DNA of 64,000 nucleotides, taken from NCBI GenBank assembly GCA_016292775.1, contig JAEDFN010000002.1:2908-66907 (forward strand), written 5' to 3'. The stretch is from Paludibacteraceae bacterium. Lineage in GTDB: Bacteria; Bacteroidota; Bacteroidia; Bacteroidales; Paludibacteraceae. Shown in pieces: positions 56,855 to 64,000 of this stretch (within the stretch, counting starts at the first letter, position 1; the number at the start of each line of letters is the position of its first letter). A program made the translations under genes and the position numbers. The notes under the pieces were generated by a model. It had not been told where the DNA came from. It did not search any database and saw only the letters and a program-made list of their open reading frames with translations.

Positions 56855-57361
56855 ATGAGTCCAAGAGTCAGTATAATAATGGGTAGCACAAGTGATATGC
56901 CTATCATGGAAAAGGCTGCCAAGATATTAGACGAGTTTAAGGTGCCGTTTGAAATACATGCATTGTCGGCGCACCGTACACCAAAAGAGGTGGAAGAGTT
57001 TGCTTCAAATGCTGCAAGCCGTGGTATAGAGGTAATCATAGCCGCAGCCGGTATGGCAGCCCACCTACCCGGTGTTATTGCAGCAAGTACCACTCTCCCG
57101 GTAATTGGAGTCCCTATCAATGCTTCTTTGCAAGGCGTTGATGCTCTGCTTGCTATAGTACAAATGCCTCCGGGTATTCCCGTTGCTACCGTAGGTGTGA
57201 ACGCTTCTATGAATGCCGCATTGTTGGCTGTGCAGATAATGGCTGTGGCTGATAGCCGCCTCGCAAAAGATTTTGCTGATTATAAAAACGGATTGAAAAA
57301 TAAAATTGTTAAAGCTAATGAGGAACTGAAAGAGATTAAGTTCCAATATAAAACAAATTAA
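56855..57361 (+). CDS. purE: N5-carboxyaminoimidazole ribonucleotide mutase (class I PurE)
   Basis: 168 aa. SAHRTP and AAGMAAHLPGV motifs. AAHLPG is the class I signature as I recall it. Confidence 0.95.
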   Translation: MSPRVSIIMGSTSDMPIMEKAAKILDEFKVPFEIHALSAHRTPKEVEEFASNAASRGIEVIIAAAGMAAHLPGVIAASTTLPVIGVPINASLQGVDALLAIVQMPPGIPVATVGVNASMNAALLAVQIMAVADSRLAKDFADYKNGLKNKIVKANEELKEIKFQYKTN

Positions 57362-57370
57362 TGCCTCATT

Positions 57371-60300
57371 ATGAATTACAGAATTTTTGTAGAAAAAAAG
57401 CCTCAGTTCAGAGTTGAGGCAGATAGTCTTTTGAAAGAGTTGAATTCTAATTTACACCTTAATTTAAATTCACTCAGACTCCTTAATGTTTATGATCTTT
57501 TCGGATTTACTCCCGATTTGTTAGAAAAAACCCGTATGGGAGTTTTTGGCGAAATGGTTACAGACTTCGTCTATGATACTTTTTCATTAGAAGGGCTGTC
57601 GTATGTTGCAATAGAGAGCATCCCGGGTCAGTTCGACCAAAGAGCTGCAAGTGCCGTAGATTGTGTAAAACTTTTGGAGCCAAGTGCAAATGTTGAAATC
57701 CGCTGTGCTCGCCTCATCGTTTTCGAAGATAAACTTACAGAAGATATTATCTCAAAAATCAAGAAATATACTATCAATGCCGTAGAATGCAGAGAAAAAG
57801 ATATGAGTCGACTTGCAATTCCGGAGTCGGCAAAAGCAGGAGATGTTGAAATCCTTGCCGGATTTAGAGATATGACCGAAGAGCAGTTGGCCCCTTACTG
57901 TAAGGCTAATGGGTTGGCAATGAACGCTGATGACCTTCGCTGTGTAGTGAATTATTTTAAAAACGAAGGTCGTGACCCTTACCATACGGAATTGATGATT
58001 CTCGATACATATTGGAGCGACCATTGCCGCCATACTACCTTTACTACCGAACTTAAAGATATTACCATAGATACCTCTTTCATAGCAGAGAGCATAAACG
58101 GCTCATTGAAGTTGTATTATGATATGCGTAAAGAGTTGAACAGAGAAAATAAACCTCAATGCTTGATGGATATCGCTTGCATTGGAGCTCGATATTTGCG
58201 TAAGTTGGGCTATCTCAATGATTTGGAACAGTCGGAAGAGAATAATGCTTGCTCTATTTATGTGGATGTTGATGTAGATGGCAAGGTGGAAAAATGGTTG
58301 TTGCAATTTAAAAACGAAACTCATAATCACCCTACCGAAATAGAACCATTTGGAGGAGCTTCCACTTGTCTTGGCGGTGCCATTCGAGATCCCCTATCAG
58401 GTCGTGCTTATGTTTATCAAGCAATGCGCGTAACAGGTGCGGGAAATATCTATCAGTCTGTAGATGAAACTCTTGTAGGTAAATTGCCACAACGAATAAT
58501 CTCTACAAAAGCAGCCGCCGGATATTCCAGCTATGGAAATCAAATAGGCTTGGCAACAACACATCTTCGCGAGATTTATCACCCGGAATATGTGGCAAAA
58601 AGACTTGAAGTGGGAGCCGTTGTAGGCGCAGTAAAAGCGGAAAATGTTCGCCGTGAATCTCCAGCCCCGGGTGATATAGTGCTGATGCTCGGAGGCCGTA
58701 CCGGTCGTGATGGTGTTGGTGGTGCTACAGGTTCTTCTAAAGAACATACTACTTCTTCGTTGGAAACATGCTCCAGCGAAGTGCAAAAAGGAAATGCTCC
58801 GGAAGAGCGTAAATTGGAACGTCTATTCCGTCGTCCTGAAGTTACCCGACTAATCAAGAAATCTAACGATTTCGGAGCAGGCGGTGTTTCTGTTGCTATT
58901 GGAGAATTGGCCGATGGCCTTGATATATACCTCGATAGAGTGCGTACAAAATATAGCGGACTAAATGCTACTGAACTTGCTATTAGCGAAAGTCAAGAGC
59001 GTATGGCTGTTGTTGTGGAAGCTAAAGATAAAGACCTCTTTATGCAATATTGTGCTTCCGAAAATATTGAGGTTGTTCACGTTGCCGACGTTACCGATAA
59101 AGCACGAATGTGTATGTATTATCACGGAAAAACTATCGTCGACTTAAAACGTGAATTTATTGATTCTGCCGGTGCCGTTCATTTTACTTCTGCAGAAATA
59201 GAAGGCGTAGAAGATAAAAATCCTTTCGTTCGTACACCGGAAGGTGCAGATTTCAAACAGCGCTTTGTAAATAATTTAAAAGACGATAACGTTCAATCTC
59301 AAAAAGGATTGATAGAGACTTTCGATGCTACAATCGGTCGTAGCACCGTATTGATGCCGTTTGGAGGTAAATATCAAAGAACAGAAACTCAAGTGGGAGT
59401 GCAGAAACTGCCTGTTGACGGATTTACCAATTCTGCCAGTATGATGGCTTATGGTTTTAATCCTTTCTTATCAAAATGGAGCCCTTATCATGGAGCCGCT
59501 TATGCCGTTGTTGAGGCTTGTACTAAAGTTGTAGCCGCCGGTGGTGATTATTCAAAAATGAGATTCTCTTATCAAGAATATTTCCAAAGAATGAGTGATA
59601 AGAAATCATGGGGTAAACCGCTCGCCGCTCTTCTCGGAGCCCTCGAAATGCAAAACGACCTTAAACTGCCTTCTATCGGTGGTAAGGACTCTATGAGTGG
59701 TACTTTCCAAGATATCAATGTGCCTCCTACTTTAATAGCTTTCGGTATCACTATGGTAGATGCCTCTAAAGTGGTGGCTTCGCATTTCTCTAAAGCAAAA
59801 CAGAATATTTACATCATTAAGCATACTCCAAAAGCAAACTATATGCCGAATACAGAGATGCTTAAAGCAAATTTTGCCAATTTCAACAGCCTTGTGCAAC
59901 TCAATGCTATCGGTTCCGCTTTTGCAGTAGGAATGGGTGGCGTAGCAGAAGCAGTTGCTAAAATGAGCTTCGGATCAAATATTGGATGTGTTGTAAATTA
60001 TGATGATAAAGAGATATTTAATTACAATTACGGCTCAATAATATTCACCTCCGACTCGGTAGTAGATATGCCTAATGTAGATAAAATAGGTGAAACTACA
60101 GAAAAAGGTACTGTTGTTGTTAATGGAGAGGAATTTAATATCGAAGAACTATATCATATCAATACAGATAAATTTGCTACAATATACCCTCTATCTGCAC
60201 CGGCCAAAGAGATGAAAATGGATGTAATCTCAAATCAAAAGCCAATAACAGAATATCCTTATGCCGCTGTAGAGCATCCAAGGGTATTTATACCTGTATT

Positions 60301-61078
60301 CCCGGGTACAAACTGTGATTATGATTTGTCAAAAGCATTCCGTTGTGCCGGAGCTGATGTTCATACTATGGTATTCTGTAATCTTACCCCTTCTGATATA
60401 GAAAAATCTATTGTGAGAATGGTAGAGGAATTAAAGCAATGCCATATCTTTGCATTAGCAGGCGGTTTCTCTTTAGGAGACGAACCGGATGGCTCCGCAA
60501 AATTTATTGCTACAGTGCTTCAAAATAGCGAGGTGGCAAAAGAAGTCCACTCACTTATCGATAGAAAAGGCCTTATCATCGGTATCTGTAATGGCTTCCA
60601 AGCCCTCGTAAAATCAGGTCTTTTGCCTTATGGTAGATTAGGTAAAGTTACAGAAGAGAGCCCTACTTTGTTTAGAAATAATATCAACCGCCATATCTCT
60701 CAAATGGTTACAACTCGCGTTAGTACTCTTAATTCACCTTGGCTTCGCGGATTTAAATTAGGCGAAGAGCATACTATTGCAATGAGTCACGGCGAAGGTA
60801 AGTTCGTAGTTTCGGAGAAATTGGCTAAAGAACTTTTTGAAAAAGGTCAAGTGGCATTCCAATACGTAGATGCTTGCGGAAATATTACTATGAATTCCCC
60901 TGAAAATCCTAACGGATCAAGCTATGCCATTGAGGGTATTATCTCCGAAGATGGACTCATTATCGGAAAAATGGGTCATACCGAACGTTATGAAGAGAAT
61001 ATCTTTAAAAATATTGATGGTAATAAATATCAAGCTTTATTCGATAATGCAGTAGCCTATTTTAATAAGAGAAAATAA
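57371..61078 (+). CDS. purL: Phosphoribosylformylglycinamidine synthase, single-chain large form
   Basis: 1235 aa. Fused PurS-like, PurL and glutaminase (GICNGFQ) domains. Confidence 0.97.
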   Translation: MNYRIFVEKKPQFRVEADSLLKELNSNLHLNLNSLRLLNVYDLFGFTPDLLEKTRMGVFGEMVTDFVYDTFSLEGLSYVAIESIPGQFDQRAASAVDCVKLLEPSANVEIRCARLIVFEDKLTEDIISKIKKYTINAVECREKDMSRLAIPESAKAGDVEILAGFRDMTEEQLAPYCKANGLAMNADDLRCVVNYFKNEGRDPYHTELMILDTYWSDHCRHTTFTTELKDITIDTSFIAESINGSLKLYYDMRKELNRENKPQCLMDIACIGARYLRKLGYLNDLEQSEENNACSIYVDVDVDGKVEKWLLQFKNETHNHPTEIEPFGGASTCLGGAIRDPLSGRAYVYQAMRVTGAGNIYQSVDETLVGKLPQRIISTKAAAGYSSYGNQIGLATTHLREIYHPEYVAKRLEVGAVVGAVKAENVRRESPAPGDIVLMLGGRTGRDGVGGATGSSKEHTTSSLETCSSEVQKGNAPEERKLERLFRRPEVTRLIKKSNDFGAGGVSVAIGELADGLDIYLDRVRTKYSGLNATELAISESQERMAVVVEAKDKDLFMQYCASENIEVVHVADVTDKARMCMYYHGKTIVDLKREFIDSAGAVHFTSAEIEGVEDKNPFVRTPEGADFKQRFVNNLKDDNVQSQKGLIETFDATIGRSTVLMPFGGKYQRTETQVGVQKLPVDGFTNSASMMAYGFNPFLSKWSPYHGAAYAVVEACTKVVAAGGDYSKMRFSYQEYFQRMSDKKSWGKPLAALLGALEMQNDLKLPSIGGKDSMSGTFQDINVPPTLIAFGITMVDASKVVASHFSKAKQNIYIIKHTPKANYMPNTEMLKANFANFNSLVQLNAIGSAFAVGMGGVAEAVAKMSFGSNIGCVVNYDDKEIFNYNYGSIIFTSDSVVDMPNVDKIGETTEKGTVVVNGEEFNIEELYHINTDKFATIYPLSAPAKEMKMDVISNQKPITEYPYAAVEHPRVFIPVFPGTNCDYDLSKAFRCAGADVHTMVFCNLTPSDIEKSIVRMVEELKQCHIFALAGGFSLGDEPDGSAKFIATVLQNSEVAKEVHSLIDRKGLIIGICNGFQALVKSGLLPYGRLGKVTEESPTLFRNNINRHISQMVTTRVSTLNSPWLRGFKLGEEHTIAMSHGEGKFVVSEKLAKELFEKGQVAFQYVDACGNITMNSPENPNGSSYAIEGIISEDGLIIGKMGHTERYEENIFKNIDGNKYQALFDNAVAYFNKRK

Positions 61079-61815
61079 TGGAAAATTTTATTGATGAAAA
61101 CCAAACTCCTACAACAAAGATGTTGTATGAAGGAAAGGCAAAACAGATTTTCGAAACCCCGGAAGAGGATAAGGTAATTGTACATTATAAAGATGATGCC
61201 TCTGCTTATAATGGAATAAAACGCGCTCAAATAACAAATAAAGGGGTGCTGAACAATAAAATATCTTCTATCATATACAAGAAATTGGAAGAATTTGGAG
61301 TGAAAACTCACTTTATACGTCGCATTGATGATAGAAATCAACTATGTAAAAAGGTGCAAGTATTCCCTCTTGAAGTTATAGTTCGTAACCGTGCTGCCGG
61401 CTCAATGGCTGTACGCCTCGGCCTTGAAGAGGGGATGAAATTCAATAATGTCATTTTTGAATATTGCTATAAGAATGATGAGCTGGATGACCCGCTTATA
61501 AATGAGCATCACGCCGTTGCCTTAGGCCTTTCCACTTACGAAGAGATGGAAAAAATTCACGACCTTGCCAACACTATAAATAAGTATTTAATACAAATTT
61601 TTAATGAAATAGATGTAGTATTGGTGGATTTTAAAGTCGAGTTCGGTAGGTTATCGGATGGCACTCTTGTTTTAAGCGACGAAATAAGTCCTGATACTTG
61701 CCGCTTGTGGGATGCAAATACTATGGAATGTATGGATAAAGATCGTTTCCGCAGAGACTTGGGTAGAGTTGCAGAGGCGTATAATGAAATTTTAAATCGA
61801 TTGTCAAAACTATAA
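61078..61815 (+). CDS. purC: SAICAR synthase, short (Bacillus/Clostridium-like) form
   Basis: 245 aa. [10 protein letters not shown]...DDASAYNG...NKG...LEVIVRN...[12 protein letters not shown]. The ATG overlaps the purL TAA (TAATG). An alternative start is Met15 (61120). Confidence 0.9.
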   Translation: MENFIDENQTPTTKMLYEGKAKQIFETPEEDKVIVHYKDDASAYNGIKRAQITNKGVLNNKISSIIYKKLEEFGVKTHFIRRIDDRNQLCKKVQVFPLEVIVRNRAAGSMAVRLGLEEGMKFNNVIFEYCYKNDELDDPLINEHHAVALGLSTYEEMEKIHDLANTINKYLIQIFNEIDVVLVDFKVEFGRLSDGTLVLSDEISPDTCRLWDANTMECMDKDRFRRDLGRVAEAYNEILNRLSKL

Positions 61816-61826
61816 TATTAAATAAA

Positions 61827-62774
61827 ATGAAGGCACTTACTGCTACAAATTATAATTTTAAAGCACAAACCAAGGTATATAATGGTAAGGTGCGTGATGT
61901 ATATTTCCTTTCTGATGGTCGCTTAGTAATGGTGGCTACGGATAGAATTTCTGCTTTTGATGTTATACTACCAAAAGGAATTCCTTATAAAGGTCAGATT
62001 TTAAATCAAATAGCGTCAAAATTTTTGGATAGTACTGCAGATATTTGTCCTAATTGGAAACTCGCCGTGCCGGACCCTATGGTAACAGTGGGAGTCTGCT
62101 GTCAAGGTTTTCCGGTAGAGATGATTGTTCGCGGATACTTGTGTGGTAGCGCTTGGCGTGCTTATAAAAAAGGTGTTCGCGAAATTTGCGGTGTGAAACT
62201 CCCTGATGGAATGCGTGAAAATGAGAAATTCCCAACCCCTATTATCACTCCGACAACAAAAGCCGAAATCGGTGAGCATGATGAGGATATCTCTCGTGAA
62301 GAGATTATCTCTCGAGGCCTCGTTTCAAAAGAAGATTACGAAATTTTAGAAAAATATACTCTTGCCCTTTTTGAAAGAGGTACAAAAATTGCAGCGGAAA
62401 GAGGTCTTATCCTTGTGGATACTAAATATGAATTCGGAAAATATGATGGAAAAATCTATTTGATGGACGAGATTCATACTCCCGATTCAAGCCGTTATTT
62501 CTATGCAGAGGGCTATGAACAAAATTTTAAAGACGGAAAACCACAACGCCAATTGAGTAAAGAGTTTGTTCGTGAATGGTTGATGGAGAATGGATTCCAA
62601 GGTAGAGAGGGCGATGTATTACCTGAGATGACCGACGAGGTTGTGAACAATATCACACTTCGTTATTGCGAATTGTACGAGCATATTACAGGAGAGAAAT
62701 TTATCCTTTCTGATGCTGATGTAGATTTGTCGGCGAGAATAGAGAAAAATATATCAGAATATCTTGATAAATAA
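61827..62774 (+). CDS. purC: SAICAR synthase, long (Bacteroides/yeast-like) form
   Basis: 315 aa. [10 protein letters not shown]...[28 protein letters not shown]...EMIVRGY...[11 protein letters not shown]. Confidence 0.93.
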   Translation: MKALTATNYNFKAQTKVYNGKVRDVYFLSDGRLVMVATDRISAFDVILPKGIPYKGQILNQIASKFLDSTADICPNWKLAVPDPMVTVGVCCQGFPVEMIVRGYLCGSAWRAYKKGVREICGVKLPDGMRENEKFPTPIITPTTKAEIGEHDEDISREEIISRGLVSKEDYEILEKYTLALFERGTKIAAERGLILVDTKYEFGKYDGKIYLMDEIHTPDSSRYFYAEGYEQNFKDGKPQRQLSKEFVREWLMENGFQGREGDVLPEMTDEVVNNITLRYCELYEHITGEKFILSDADVDLSARIEKNISEYLDK

Positions 62775-62776
62775 TT

Positions 62777-64000
62777 ATGACTTCAGATTCTAATTTTCCG
62801 GAACATTATTTCAATGATGAAATACACGAAGAGTGTGGCGTTTTCGGAGTATTCGGCGTGGAAAATGCGTCAAGTTTAGCTTATTATGGTTTGCATGCCC
62901 TTCAGCATCGCGGACAAGAGGGATGCGGTATTGTTTGTGTCGACGAGAATAAGAATTTTAAGCGCGTCAAAGGAGAAGGCCTTGTTACAGAAATCTTTAA
63001 TGAGAAAAATCTCGAGACGTTAAAGGGCGACTCCGCTATTGCACATGTTAGATACCCGACTCATGGAGGTGGCGGTATAGAGAATGTACAGCCCTTCTTG
63101 TTTCGCCATCATACCGGTGATTTTGCCTTGGCACATAATGGTAACTTGGTGAATTCAAAAGAATTAGCTCGGTATTTGGAGCATAAGGGCAGCTTGTTTC
63201 AGTCTACTTCCGACAGCGAGTTGCTCGCCCACCTTATCAAAAAAGATAATAATGGCAAACATAGAATACATAATATCGTTGACGCTCTGAATATGATAGA
63301 GGGTGCTTTTGCCTTCTTAATCCTTTCGGATAAACGCCTTTATTGCGCCCGCGATAAATACGGTCTTCGCCCATTGTCAATCGGTAAGTTGAATGGCGGT
63401 TATGTAGTAAGTTCGGAGACTTGCGCTCTCGATGTAGTAGGAGCAGAGTTTGTCAGAGATGTAGAACCCGGAGAAATCGTAATTATCGATGCCGAAGGCC
63501 TTCGTTCTGTGCATTATTCCCAATTCAAACATCATTATATGTGCTCTATGGAGTTTGTATATTTCGCTCGTCCTGATAGTGATATAGAGGGACTCAATGT
63601 ACATGCTTTCCGTAAAGAGTCCGGAAGAATTCTATACCGTGAGCGACCTACTGAAGCGGACATCGTTATCGGTGTTCCCGACTCAAGTTTAAGTGCTGCA
63701 ATAGGTTATAGCGAAGAGAGTGGCATCCCTTATGAGATGGGTCTTATAAAAAATAAATACGTAGGACGTACTTTTATCCAGCCAAGTCAAGAGTTACGCG
63801 AAAAGGGAGTGAGAATGAAACTATCCGCTGTAAGGTCAATAGTAAAAGGTAAACGCGTTATCATGGTTGATGATTCTATTGTCAGAGGCACCACGTCACG
63901 CCGTATAGTACAACTACTTCGCGAGGCAGGGGCTTCACAAGTGCATGTTCGCATAGCTTCGCCGCCTTATGCACATCCTTGTTTCTATGGAGTAGATACT
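62777..64000 (+). CDS. purF: Amidophosphoribosyltransferase (5' part; runs off the window end)
   Basis: Translated by hand from the ATG at 62777: MTSDSNFPEHYFNDEIHEE-CGVFGVFG (propeptide plus Cys nucleophile). Also ...SDSE..., VPDSS and MVDDSIVRGTT (PRPP loop). Open to base 64000. Absent from the ORF track because there is no stop in the window. Confidence 0.95.
   Translation, partial: MTSDSNFPEHYFNDEIHEECGVFGVFGVENASSLAYYGLHALQHRGQEGCGIVCVDENKNFKRVKGEGLVTEIFNEKNLETLKGDSAIAHVRYPTHGGGGIENVQPFLFRHHTGDFALAHNGNLVNSKELARYLEHKGSLFQSTSDSELLAHLIKKDNNGKHRIHNIVDALNMIEGAFAFLILSDKRLYCARDKYGLRPLSIGKLNGGYVVSSETCALDVVGAEFVRDVEPGEIVIIDAEGLRSVHYSQFKHHYMCSMEFVYFARPDSDIEGLNVHAFRKESGRILYRERPTEADIVIGVPDSSLSAAIGYSEESGIPYEMGLIKNKYVGRTFIQPSQELREKGVRMKLSAVRSIVKGKRVIMVDDSIVRGTTSRRIVQLLREAGASQVHVRIASPPYAHPCFYGVDT

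Noticed and set aside
63377-63604. 75-aa minus-strand ORF near the window end
   Set aside because: It is antisense to the clearly recognisable purF reading frame.

Overview
Low-GC chromosomal window that looks like Bacteroidota, probably Bacteroidales. The evidence is repeated TAnnTTTG-type -7 promoter boxes, a UpxY-family gene, a pdxJ-exbB-exbD-tonB cluster and many SpII lipoproteins. I count about 56 protein genes and one tRNA-Pro(CGG). I saw no rRNA, CRISPR array, transposase, integrase or obvious prophage or defence genes.

Most of the window is housekeeping: groES-groEL, pdxA, a RelA/SpoT homolog, an M23 peptidase, pullulanase, pheT, miaA, ychF, nadK, fmt and pyrC. It also holds an 8.4-kb, tightly packed pyrimidine operon (carA-carB-pyrK-pyrD-pyrF-pyrE-pyrB) and a purine cluster (purE-purL-purC-purC-purF).

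The accessory or unusual parts are:
- a translationally coupled four-gene envelope/glycan cassette (2275-6404) wedged between groES and pdxA;
- two orphan lipoproteins whose promoter carries a 19-nt homopolymer;
- a small TonB-dependent receptor preceded by an odd 113-codon ORF and a terminator;
- four tandem FKBP/Mip-like paralogs, one of them degenerate;
- a stripped-down capsule export module (upxY-wza-wzc-ugd) followed by a secreted choloylglycine-hydrolase-family enzyme.

I did not find a convincing new multi-gene system such as a defence system. The most interesting signals are regulatory or architectural:
1. a leader-peptide plus intrinsic-terminator attenuator in front of carA, resembling the enterobacterial pyrBI attenuator;
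2. a PyrB fused to only the zinc domain of PyrI;
3. two non-orthologous purC forms in tandem;
4. a structured leader in front of purE;
5. the homopolymer-bearing lipoprotein promoter.

Everything was read by eye from the sequence and the ORF track. Family names are motif-based recollection, not database hits.
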